From positions 113,460,001-113,524,000 of the forward strand of contig OZ024741.1 in assembly GCA_964016885.1 (NCBI GenBank): 64,000 nt of DNA, given 5' to 3'. This document shows positions 13,856 to 25,739 of this stretch, piece by piece. Made by a program: the position numbers and the translations under genes. The notes beneath the pieces were generated by a model. The model did no database searches. It had not been told where the DNA came from and saw nothing but the letters and a program-made list of their open reading frames with translations. Origin of the DNA: Eledone cirrhosa. Its lineage: Eukaryota. Every line of letters starts with the position of its first letter. The stretch's first letter is position 1.

Positions 13856-14281
13856 TGTGTGTGTGTGTGAAAAAGTTCAGGACCCCGATGGCTGAGCTCT
13901 GGCCATTTCAATAGCTAGATCCGAACTGGAGAGAGTAATCATTGACAGCTGATACAATAATGACAAGCAGACATAAATACAGTACATAACAAACCAATCT
14001 TTTTATATATATCTTTTTCCTTGCAGCCTCACTCTGATCTTCAGCCAAGTGTTGAAAGTATTTTAAATACATTTTTTAGTAGTTTCCTAATTAGCATCAG
14101 TTTGATGACTTACTTTTCTCAAATTTAAAAAAAATTCTCCAGAATTTGTTTTGTATGCAGGTGAATGATGCTAATCTTGTTGACAACGATTCAAAAAGTT
14201 CATATATATATAATATATATCATCATCATTTTACGTCCACTTTTCCCTGCTTTGCAAGGGTGGGACGGGAACTGATTCTGG

Positions 14282-14346
<65 letters not shown>

Positions 14347-14476
14347 GTGAGGTTTTTTTTACAAAATGAAAAATAACTGAGGTGTCCTACACGAGTGAAA
14401 GTATAAAGAAAAAAAGATGAAATCGAAAATGCAACTGGAGTCTTATTTAAAAAAAATATAAATATATTTATTTGGT

Positions 14477-14516
14477 TCCTTTACCGGTTTCGCAGTTCTT
14501 CTGCTTTTCAAAAGTA
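14477..14516 (-). ncRNA. Mirror copy of the U3-A8 hammerhead motif
   Basis: Reverse complement of 15719-15758. Confidence 0.7.
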
Positions 14517-15718
14517 GAGTTGAGATGGAGGGTCTGTGGTTTTTCTCACATCTGGTTGGTCTCTGAATGTTACTTGTTTTATATGGAAAAAGTGGCTCGA
14601 AATGCCAGGTTTTTCGAGAAGTAATTTGATTGGTTGGTCAATAATTATAATAAATTTTGCGCCAGTTCGCGTTACAAAGTTCTTCAAACAAGGATGGGGG
14701 GGGGGGGGGGGGGGGGTCACAGGTTGTTTTTTTCATATATGAGTGTTTGAATTTCTTTTTACTTGAAAAAAGGGGCTCACGAAGGCTTTTTTTTTAATAA
14801 GCGTAATTTGATTGGTTATAAATGAAATTATGGCTGTCACGTAAACAAGTTTTCATTAAATTTTCGTGCCCTTATTTGGAAATCCATTCTGTAGCCTTTT
14901 TAGAGAATTTTATGATAAGTAAAAGATAATGGTCAATAGAAATGGGATGGGAGAATTGTTCTGGTTCAGTGAATATGGTTAGTTCGCCAATCAAATTACA
15001 TTTATTAAAAAAAAGCCTTCGTGAGCCCCCTTTTTTTTAAGTAAAAAGAAATTCAAACACACACACACACACACATACACTCGCACACACACACACAAGC
15101 ACACAGATAAACATACATATCTTTATTTTCTTTATTCAATAGAAAATCTGAATTCTGACACCCCAGCGAACTAACCATATTCACTGAACCAGAACAATTC
15201 TCCAATCCCATTTCTCTTGACCATTATCTTTTACTTATAAAATTCTCTAAAAAGGCTACAGAATGGATTTCCAAATAAGGGCGCAAAAATTTAATGAAAC
15301 ATGTTCATGTGACAACCATAATTTCATTTATAACCAATAAAATTCTCTAAAAAGGCTACAGAATGGATTTCCAAATAAGGGCGCAAAAATTTAATGAAAC
15401 ATGTTCATGTGACAACCATAATTTCATTTATAACCAATCAAATTACGCTTATTAAAAAAAGGCCTTCATGAGCCCCTTTTTTCAAATAAAAAGAAATTCA
15501 AACACTCATATATGAAAAAACAACCTGTGACATCCCCCCCCCCCTTGTTTGAAGAACTTTGTAATGCGAACTGGCGCAAAATTATTATAATTATTGACCA
15601 ACCAATCAAATTACTTCTCGAAAAACCTGGCATTTCGAGCCACTTTTTCCATATAAAACAAGTAACATTCAGAGACCAACCAGATGTGAGAAAAACCACA
15701 GACCCTCCATCTCAACTC

Positions 15719-15758
15719 TACTTTTGAAAAGCAGAAGAACTGCGAAACCGGTAAAGGA
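15719..15758 (+). ncRNA. Minimal type I hammerhead motif, U3-A8 core variant
   Basis: CTT-TTGAAAA-GCAG aagaa CTGC-GAAA-CCGG-TA-AAG: 4-bp stem II, palindromic ACCGGT stem III, GUA site; stem I only 3 bp. Confidence 0.7.
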
Positions 15759-15843
15759 ACCAAATAAATATATATATTTTTTTTTAAAATAAGACTCCAG
15801 TTGCATTTTCGATTTCATCTTTTTTCTTTATATATATATATAT

Positions 15844-15907
<64 letters not shown>

Positions 15908-15908
<1 letters not shown>

Positions 15909-16340
15909 TTGTACTTAGGCAAGGCAGTAATACAGAAGACCCGCCTTGCCTAAGTACAAAGCGAAACCTACAGTCAGTAGGCACCTCTAACAAAAATAGA
16001 CTCCCGTCCCACTACCCCCACCCCATCCACACCACCTCCTTCAATGTAAAGTTATGTTGGTACCACAACATCCAGTCCGAAACAAATGAAGTCGCGTAGG
16101 TGTCACGACAAAAAAAAAACACAGTCCACGCTGTAGTGAGGCCGTGTCGGTAACACGGTAAAAACCTCCCAGTCTACACTGTAAACGTGGTTGGTGTTAG
16201 GAAGGGCATCCAGCCGTAGAAAACCCGCCAGACAGTCCTATACGAGCAGGACAACCAATCTTGCCTGAAGTGAGAAAACTCCCGTCTAAACCCATGCAAG
16301 CGTGGAAGATGGCCGTTAAACGATGATGATGATGATGATG

Positions 16341-16342
<2 letters not shown>
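15908..16342 (+). mobile_element. Young RTE family 3' UTR copy
   Basis: Reverse complement of the 12588-13020 UTR; (GAT)n tail. Confidence 0.9.
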
Positions 16343-16376
<34 letters not shown>

Positions 16377-16425
16377 GTATTTATATATATGTGTATATAT
16401 ATATGTATATATATATATATACATA

Positions 16426-16470
<45 letters not shown>

Positions 16471-16664
16471 GTATATATATATATGTATATATATATATGT
16501 ATATATATATATGTATATATATATATATGTATATATATATATGTATATATATATGTGTATATATGTATATATATATATACATATATATATATATACATAT
16601 ATATATATACATATATATATATATACATATATATATATACATATATATATACACATATATATAA

Positions 16665-16735
<71 letters not shown>

Positions 16736-16736
16736 C

Positions 16737-16817
<81 letters not shown>

Positions 16818-16820
16818 TAT
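16343..16820. repeat. (TA)n microsatellite with TG/CA interruptions
   Basis: Seen directly. Confidence 0.95.
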
Positions 16821-16939
16821 AGCCAAGAATTGAACTCACTTAGATTGCAAGCCCAATGCTCTAACCACTAAGCCATGCGCCTTCACCTATCCAAACCCAT
16901 GCAAGCGTGGAAGATGGACGTTAAACGTTGATGACGATG

Positions 16940-16988
<49 letters not shown>

Positions 16989-16991
<3 letters not shown>

Positions 16992-17459
16992 TCATCATCA
17001 TAATCGTTTAACGTCCATCTTCCACGCTTGCATAGGTTTGGACGGGAGTTTTCCCACTTGAGGCAAGAGTGGTTGTCTTGCTCGCATAGGACTGTCTGGC
17101 GGGTTTTCTACGGCTGGATGCCCTTCCTAACACCAACCACGTTTACAGTGTGGAACTGGGAAGTTTTTACCGTGTTACCTACACGCCCACATTACACCGT
17201 GGACTGTGTGTTTTTTTGTCGTGACACCTACACGACCTCGTTTGTTTCGGGCTGGATGTTGTGGTACCAACATAACTTTACATTGAAAGGGGTGGTGTGG
17301 ATGGGGTGGGGGTAGTGGGACGGGGGTGTATTTTGTTAGAGGTGCCTACTGACTGTAGTAGGTTTCACTTTGCACTTAGGTAAGGCGGGTCTTCTCTATT
17401 ACTGTGTAGCGCCAAAGATCTCGGTCCAGTGACATTGTCTTGGAGAGGTGTAAGTGTGT
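16989..17459 (-). mobile_element. Young RTE family 3' UTR copy
   Basis: Same orientation and sequence as 12588-13060. Confidence 0.9.
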
Positions 17460-17669
17460 ACATATATATGTATATATATATATGTATATATATATATTAT
17501 ATATATATATATGTATATATATGTATATATATATCATCATCAACATCATCATCGTTTAACGTCCATCTTCCACGCTTGCATGGATGGGTTTGGATAGGTG
17601 AAAGCGCATGGCTTAGTGGTTAGAGCATTGGGCTTGCAATTGAAGTGAGTTCAATTCTTGGACTGGGTA

Positions 17670-18100
17670 CTAAGTGTGATGCTGCATGGTAGTGAAATGT
17701 GGGCAGTGGCAGCAGAGGATATACATAGGCTGGGGAGAAATGAAACAACCATTCTTCGATGGATGTACAATGTATATGTGAGAGATCAGTAGGAGAATCT
17801 GGGTATATGAGGAATCAGAAGTGGTCTGCAAGAGAGAAAACTACATTGGTATGGACATGTAATGCACATCGATGATGATTGCTGGGTCAAGAAGGGCTAG
17901 GAAAACCCAGTGGAAGGTAGCCACGTTAGAGGTAGACCAAGAAACACATGGGCTGAGATTGTGAGAGCTGATCTCAAATCGCTGAGACTCACAGAGGAGA
18001 TGATGAAGGGACGCAATGAGTGAAGAAGTGCTAAAACGAACTCATCTAACCTGTGCAAGTAAGGATAAATGAATGTATAAACAATGATGATCAAGATGAT
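17670..18100 (+). mobile_element. Decayed RTE LINE 3' end
   Basis: MLHGSEMWAVAAEDIHRLGRNE, LHWYGHVMHIDDD, GRPRNTWAE. Confidence 0.8.
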
Positions 18101-18610
18101 GTTAGATGCCCAAGGTTCCCTACGATGAGACTGAATTCCAAACCATATGTTTGTGAAAGGAACTTCTTCATCACACAGCCATTCCTACACCTATGCATTA
18201 TTTCTTGAAATATAATTTCTTCTGAACTCAACAGAACATTAATACACATATTTTTTTAAGAGTGTGAAGTATACCAGCAGTATTAATGAAGGCAGATAGG
18301 GAACTACAATCACCAGCTGCTGTGAATTGTAGTTTGCAGCAGTCAGAAAATGGAATTGATACTGACTGGAAAGTCACCAAAGAGAAGAAATAAGTGTAAA
18401 AAGCAACATTCATTTTATATCAGCTGCATAGGTGTAGGTGCAGACATGGCTGTGTGGTTAATAAGTTTGCCTTGCAGCCTCATGGTTTTAAGTTCAGTCC
18501 TATTGTGTTACATCATGAGCAAGTATTTTCTACTATAGCATCAGGTTGACCAATGCCTTGTGAGCGGAATTTAGAAGACAGGAACTGAGTGGAAGCCAGT
18601 CATATATCTA

Positions 18611-18655
<45 letters not shown>

Positions 18656-18663
<8 letters not shown>

Positions 18664-21214
18664 ATACTTGGGGAGGGTCATATTTGTGTAATATTGCCAG
18701 AATTAATAACAGAATACACTCACTGTTTGGTTGGTTTTCGCTTCTCGCTTCTGTGTCTTTTATATCGGTAATCTAACTTACTCGGTCCTCAATGTTGCCA
18801 TTGACTGACCGACGGTCAAAAATAATACAGATACAATATAGACACAAACACATATATATAGTTTATCATAAATCTTTTGTTGCACATCTGCAACATCATC
18901 AGTGGTGTTATATTTTCCTCCTGTTGTATTGTATGTCTACGCCCCATAATCAAGATGTCCCCAGATGTATGTGACAGTACAGAGGACCTCCTCAGCGGAA
19001 TCAGTAAGTGCAACAAAACCAGGAGCCTATCCAACTGCATAATAGGCAGCATGGATGTGGTGTCACTGTACCCATCCATTAACATTGATTTTGCTGTGAA
19101 AAGATGTGTGGAGATGATCATTGAGAGTGAGGTGGAGTTCTGCGATGTCGACACAGACGAACTGGGCCTCCTACTTAGACTTACCTACGACACTGACTAC
19201 CTAGACAGCCATGACCTTAGATGCTTCTGCCCTAGTAGACCTATAAGAGGTAGACCCCCCCACCATAACCTCAATGGCAAAAAAGACTCCCATGGGAAGG
19301 TGGATTGGGTGGACCAAAGCTATACGGACCCCCCAAAACAATGATCAGGTAAGAAAAATGGTCGCACATGCAATAGGGGCTAGTATCAAAACTACCCTAA
19401 AGAGCCACATATTTAAGTTCAACGAGAAGATCTACACCCAAAATGAGGGAGCAGCCATCGGCGTCAGCATAGCTGGTGATGTTGCCAACCTTTTCATGGT
19501 ATGGTGGGAAAGGAGACTTAAAGATCTCCTTAATGAGAGCTCCATAGACCTCATCTTGTACTCTCATTATGTAGACGATATCAATATAGTTATAAGAACA
19601 CCCCCACTAGAGAGCACTAACAAGTTTGATTTAGAATGTAGCACGATGGAAAGCATCCAGCAGATAGCTAATTCCATACACCAGAGTATAACTGTAACTA
19701 TCGATATCCCTTCCAAACACCCTAACAATAGACTACCTGTATTAGACACAGAACTCTGGATTAACACTATAGACGAGAGAGCCCAAATTCTCCACTCACA
19801 CTATGCTAAACCCATGGCCTCCAAATACCTGATACTCAAAAACTCAGCAATTTCCAGTAGTGCTAAGTTTAATATTCTGATCGCAGATTTGGTACGAGTG
19901 AGGAAGAATGTGTCCCGCATGTGCGACCCAACAAAAATGGAAAAACACATCCAACACTTCATCAACCGCATGCAGTTTTCTGGCTACAACCAAAGAGACA
20001 GAGTCAGAGTATACGAAGGAGCCATGGAAAAGTATAAGACCCTCATAGAACTGGACATGAAAGGAATTTGCCCATTATACAGGAGCAAATCATGGAATAG
20101 CTTAGATAGGGCTAGACATAAGATAGGGAAAGCCACCTCATGGTACGACAACCAGAGATACCAGAGTGTCATGTTTGTGGACTCCACCCCTGGAGGGAAA
20201 TTAGCTAACCAGTGTAGAAAGGCCCTGAGAAAGACCCACTTAAAAATAAAGGTGGTAGAAAAGCCAGGAACCACCATAAAATCCCTGATCAGCAAAACCT
20301 ACCCTTTTAAGAAAACCCACTGCACCAATAGGAAATGTATCATATGTAAGGTGAACCCCGGATAAACTGTAAAACTAGAAACGTAGTCTATAGCATAAGA
20401 TGTACAGAGGGTACTTGCAGAAACATGACAACAACATACATAGGTGAGACAGCTCGTAGCATAGGTGAAAGGATAGACCAACACTGGGGGGAACTAAAAG
20501 GACGAAAAAACGGGTCAGTACTATACGAACATGCTAGACAACAACATGACGGTAACATAGACAACATAGAAATTAGAATAATATCTAAACACAGAAATGA
20601 CCCAGCAGATAGGCAAATCAGAGAGGCCAGTGAAATAGAAATTAGAAGACCAAGGCTAAACAGAAAGAATGAATGGAATAACAACAACACCCAAACAAAC
20701 AACACTGACCTAAGAGAAGTATAAATAAGTAAATAAAATAAAATAAATAAATAAATAAATACATACACAAGCACAATAACAACAAGCACATAAACAGACA
20801 CTAGTCACCCATCACACAGCAAACAAAACACTATACACACACGCAAACGCATGCGCAAAGAAGACAAAATAAAATAAACAAACAAGCAAATAAATAAATA
20901 AATATATAGACAGACTGAATAAAAATGGCGTAGACATACAATACAACAGGAGGAAAATATAACACCACTGACGATGTTGCAGATGTGCAACAAAAGATTT
21001 ATGATAAACTATATATATGTGTTTGTGTCTATATTGTATCTGTATTATTTTTGACCGTCGGTCAGTCAATGGCAACATTGAGGACCGAGTAAGTTAGATT
21101 ACCGATATAAAAGACACAGAAGCGAGAAGCGAAAACCAACCAAACAGTGAGTGTGTTCTGTTATTAATTCTGGCAATATTACACAAATATGACCCTCCCC
21201 AAGTATAACAATAT
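18656..21214 (+). mobile_element. 5'-truncated Penelope-like element with 288-bp inverted terminal copy of its 3' end
   Basis: 18656-18943 is the reverse complement of 20927-21214 (two mismatches seen); RT + GIY-YIG body between the arms. Confidence 0.92.
18944..20724 (+). pseudogene. Penelope-like RT plus C-terminal GIY-YIG endonuclease, two frameshifts (~19260, ~20360)
   Basis: GSMDVVSLYPSI, QNEGAAIG..AGDVANLFM, HYVDD, LPVLDTELW, RMQFSGY, Cys linker CTNRKCIIC..NC, NVVYSIRC, YIGETARSIGERIDQH, RQIREASEI..RPRLN. Confidence 0.92.
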
Positions 21215-21288
21215 TTGTTTCGACACACGATTTCATATAAAAAACCTTGCAAAACTAATTCATCGCCGCTATATATATATATATATAA

Positions 21289-21422
21289 GGAAAAAAGAGG
21301 AAATCGAAAATGCAACTGGAGTCTTTTTAAGAATATTTATTTGATTCCTTTACCAGTCTCGCAGTTTTTGTGCTTTTCAAAAGTAGAATTGAGATGGAGG
21401 GTTTGTGGTCTTTCTTGCATCC
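21289..21422 (-). mobile_element. Short diverged copy of the 14402-15832 arm terminus
   Basis: AAATCGAAAATGCAACTGGAGTC..TGCTTTTCAAAAGTAG..GAGATGGAGGG; hammerhead GAAA mutated to GAGA. Confidence 0.75.
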
Positions 21423-21454
<32 letters not shown>

Positions 21455-22021
21455 ATATATATATATATATGTATGTGTGTATGTGTGTGTGTGTATATAT
21501 ATGCATGTGTGTATGTGTGTATGTATGTATATGTATATATGTATGTGTGTGTGTGCTTTTGATTATGTATGGTAACTAAGTTGTTTGGCAAAATAAGATT
21601 GATAATATAAGGACCAAACTTCTACAACTAAGTGCTGGGGTCAATATGATCACCTAAATGATATTATGATGGAAGATTTTTAAATAAATATAAACATTTT
21701 AAATCTAGCAACTTAGTATCATAGAACCAGGGCATTTTCCTGTAATTTCAGACCTAAAAGTTTAAAGAAATTAATATTGTGTCCGTGATAATTATATAAA
21801 TCTACAGATGTCTGTTATAATTGGCTAATATCATTTACTGAAGTTATAAAAGCAATACACTATAAATATTGTCCCATACATCAAACTGGTTGTCACCTTA
21901 AATAGTTCTGACTACATACATGAATGGAAAAGTATGCCACCTTACAATATAAACATAGAAATGATATCACTGATTAGATAGTGTGTATGTGCTGTATTAT
22001 AAATAAATTTCAGGAATTGTA

Positions 22022-22441
22022 TTAACCTTTTAGCATTTAAACAGGTCGTATTTGGCCAAAATTCTCTCACCTCTTTCTGTTCAAACCAGCCATAACTGGC
22101 TTCTCATACTGATGTTAAGGTATTGTTCTCAAAATAAATAATTGTTTCTACTTTAGGCACAAGGCCAGCAATTACCCAGTGCATTACTGATACTTTATTT
22201 TATCGACCACGTAAGGATGAAAGGCAAAGTCAACCTCGGCGGGATTTGAACTCAGATCGTAAAGGGACGTAACTATGCTGGAAAGCATGGCGTCCGACCC
22301 TCTACCGATACTGCCAATCCCACAATAAATAATATCAAAATCTCATAGATTCAATATTATGTGAGATAATTACGTGAAATAAAGTGTTTACCACAAAAAT
22401 ATAATAATGAATATAGAGTAATGTAAATGCTAAAGGGTTAG
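22022..22441. mobile_element. MITE with piggyBac-like TTAA-CC ends, interrupted by a SINE
   Basis: TTAACCTTTTAGCATTTA at left and TAAATGCTAAAGGGTTA at right form terminal inverted repeats. Confidence 0.6.
22139..22323 (-). mobile_element. tRNA-derived SINE with Nin/Deu-like central domain
   Basis: On - strand: B box GAGTTCAAATCCC then GCCTTTCATCCTT..GTCGATAAAATAAAGTA; close inverted match to 29080-29270. Confidence 0.8.
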
Positions 22442-23267
22442 AAACAGAATAATTAGGTAATCTAAATGATATGAGATGATTTTCAAAGTTTAGTAGAAAT
22501 ATGGTGTATAAGATATTCATGCCCTTTAATTATTCAGTATCAATATCAAGATTGCAATAGTAATATAAGTTAGTTAACACAATAATTAACAAGGTTGAAC
22601 TTTATATGATGTTACAAGAGGTGAAAGATTGTCTGGTCTGGGAACAGAGTTTGTATCAAGAAAACTTGTTGCTTACACCTCTTGATACTATATTTCTTAA
22701 GAAAACCACAGCCTATAATTTTCAAATCATTTTGAAAATAATCAAAAATTCTGAGGCCTCTATTAATATAGCTAACTTTCTCTTTATCAAGTTGGTGTTT
22801 GTAACATAACTTAAAGTTTCTTACATAGAATTTTGATGGGCGATTTATATATAAATATAAGCACTTTAAAAAAGAGCTTTTTATGGTAGAATCAGGGACT
22901 GTTTCTGGTGGTTTTGTATCAAAAGGATTCAGTTATTTCTTGTTTTGTTTGTGAGAATTATATGTATTAGATTGTTGTGTGAAGTAGCTGACTAATAAAA
23001 TATCTTTCAATGTACCATTTGTTCTTCTTTCCTTTGATACTTCATCACCTCAAAGATACCAAATCTTCAAAGAGGCATCAATTTATGAGCTATCTTGACA
23101 TTGAATTGGTCCATTTTTTTTTTTATTTATAATCTAAACATTTTTGTACCTAGTGGAAGAAAACCTTTCAGTTCAACTTTTTCTGTTTGATCATTATTGA
23201 TTATTTCCAACATTGTATCTGTTCATAGAAGTTTTTCATGCAAATTCGGTCCTTTTTATTGTATATT

Positions 23268-23756
23268 GTAACCCTTACATTACCATATTTCTGATGAAAA
23301 ACACTGCCTATTCAAATAATTTTGAAAATAATCAAGAATTTGGAGAGATTTGATAATATAACTTTCTCATTATTAAGTTGGAATGTAGGGCAATAGATTG
23401 CAGCATTGGTAGAGCATCGGTCAACATTCTTTGTGGCATATAATTACAGTCCTTTACGTTCTGAGTTCAAATCCCACCGAGGTTAGCTTTGTGTTTCATT
23501 CATTTGAGCTCGACAAACTACAGTAGCAGTAATGCATAGGGTCAATTTAAGTGACTTTCCCTTCCCTCAAAATTATTGACCTTGTGCCTAAATCAGAAAC
23601 CATTATTAAATTTGTGTTTGAAGCATACTTTAAAAAAAGTTTCTTACATAAGATTATGGTAGATGGTTTTTAGATAAATATATACTCTTCAAAATATATA
23701 GTGTTATAGCATAGAATTATAGGCATTTTCAGGTGAGTTGGTATCAAAAAGGTTAA
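23268..23756. mobile_element. MITE (TAACCCTT..AAGGTTAA ends) with a degenerate Nin-type SINE inserted at ~23385-23607
   Basis: Ends and internal ATTTTGAAAATAATCAAGAATTT shared with copies near 26670-26922, 50927-51180, 52146-52404 and 53809-54292. Confidence 0.6.
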
Positions 23757-25392
23757 TTAATTTTTCTATCAAATAAAGGCTTGATAGGTGATGTATTTAG
23801 CAAAATTTACACATTTCCTCATGAGATACTCAGCATCAAGTCTAACTTCAATTCAATGTTCGTGCCTACCCTTACCTCTAGTCATGAATCTTGGGTAGTG
23901 ACTGAAAGAATAGGATTACAAATACAAGCAGCCAAAATGGGATTCCTCCAAAGGGCTCTAAAATAATATTACTCAATAGCTCGGAGATCAGGGAGTTGCT
24001 CCAGGTAGAGCCACTACTTCTTCAAATTGAGAGACCACAGCTCCAATACTATGGACAGGTGGTTAGAATGCCCAAGGAAAAAAAAATCACAAGACAAATA
24101 TTTTACAGGAAAAACCAACCACCAACAAGAGTCCTAGAGGTAGACCATAAGCAAGAGGGTTGGATAATATCCAGCTTAATCTGTTGGAGAAAGTTGCTTT
24201 AGACAGGGCCCACTGGAAGTAGGACTCTGCCCCTATGATCCTCCCATGAATAAGTGAGCAAAGGAGAAGGTGGTAGTGGCGGCGGTGGTGGTGGTGGTGG
24301 TGTTGGTGAACATTTAAAGTGTTTGTGGAGATAATTCATATTTACAATGGTTGCATGAATAGCTGATGCAAGAAGTGCTGAGTTTCTTTAAAGTGTCCTA
24401 AGATTTCTATTCTAATTATAAAACAAAACACAACCAGTATTTAAGGCTGTTTTCCTTCTAAAGCTAGAGAGAGCCATATATCAAGTTTTTCCATTTTGCT
24501 CTAAAATGTACATGCCTCCATTACCAACCGCCTGGTTTTCATTTTCTCCTCCATTTTTAACTATGTCTTTCTTAGTCTTTCTCTTTTTCTACTTGCTTTG
24601 GCATTAATTTTCTTCACTCCTCACACCCAGTCACTTTAAACTTTCCTCAATACATGATTCGACCATCTCATTTTATCTCTGTTTATAAGTGAAGCTCTTA
24701 TTTTGTATACTACGTAAGGAAGCCAATCTATCTCTAGCAGGTTCACGTGACGGAATTGGATGATGCTAGTGAGTATAAATATCAGTATTTGTAATCCCTC
24801 TTATTTAAACAGAGGAATTAGCTAGATTTATTTTGATCCTTGTGTAGGGATTTCATCAGTGACTGAGTAAACTTTTCAATTATCTACAGACATACTACTT
24901 ATAAACCCATTACTATTTAGTGGCTTCAATAAACAAGCTAGATCAATTTGTGAACAGCTCTCGCACTACACTAATCTTCTGCAAATTTCTCTCTTTTTCT
25001 TTTTCACTTTATCTCTGTTTTCTTTTCCTTCCAGTTTTTTCTTTTCTCTTGTTGTTCTCATTCTTGTTTCCATTGTAATAATTATTAATGCTTTTGGTAC
25101 CCACTCACAACCACCTCTTGCTCTACGATTAAAACCATATGTTTTAAAGAGTTCTTTTTAATTTAATATCACCAAACATAATTTGATATCAGAATATTTT
25201 GTTGTGCTATTTCAATAATGAAATAATTAATAGTTTTAGGAAACCCTTTAAATTTGTTTAAATATAATGTATTTCATTTGAAATATGGTCACAAAAAAGT
25301 TAAGCTCGAACTCAGTGTCATCAAATTAGTTCATATAAGTATTTGTATAAAGATTAAATAGTGGTTAGAGCATTGGCCTTGCAATAGAAAAT

Positions 25393-25739
25393 GGAGGCAC
25401 ATGGCTTAGTGGTTAGAGCATTCGCCTTGCAATCGAAAGGTTGTGAGTTCAATTCTCAGACCGGGTGATGTGTTGTTTCCTTGAGCAAGACACTTTATTT
25501 CACATGGCTCCAGTTTACTCAGCTGTAGAAATGAGATGATAGGGACTGGGGTCCATATCATTCCACTGCAAAGTGGTCGTGGAGGTGCCACGGCAAAAGG
25601 GCACCCAGCACTCACTGTAAATGAGGTTGGTGTTAGGAAGGGCATCCAGCTGTAGAAATCAAGCCAAAATCAGTTCCTGTCCCACCCTTGCAAGCAGGGA
25701 AAAAGCTGACGTAAAATGAAATGATGATGAAATGATGAT
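25393..25739 (+). mobile_element. tRNA-derived CORE-type SINE with RTE-derived tail
   Basis: A box TGGCTTAGTGG, B box GAGTTCAATTC, MIR/CORE-like CCTTGAGCAAG..CAGTTTACTCAGCTGTAGAAATG, tail AGGAAGGGCATCCAGC..(GAT)n. Confidence 0.85.

Larger units (their letters stand above)
14402..15832. mobile_element. Fold-back element with ~585-bp inverted arms, each with a U3-A8 minimal hammerhead (Penelope pseudo-LTR-like)
   Basis: 14402-14987 is the reverse complement of 15166-15832 (right arm has an ~100-bp tandem duplication); flanked by TA tracts. Confidence 0.85.

Noticed and set aside
14508-15727. Duplicated 68-77 aa ORFs on opposite strands
   Set aside because: By-product of the inverted repeat; no recognisable domain.
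19274-20724. Selenocysteine recoding in the Penelope-like ORF
   Set aside because: Breaks are frameshifts; no in-frame TGA at cysteine positions was seen.
23238-23246. Other isolated ATGCAAAT octamers (also ~26534 on -)
   Set aside because: No TATA/GGCAG/ribozyme at the matching spacing; expected by chance in AT-rich DNA.
25393-25465. tRNA-like A/B boxes (also at 57274, 60217, 17605)
   Set aside because: Heads of SINEs continuing into CORE and RTE tail; no complete cloverleaf.
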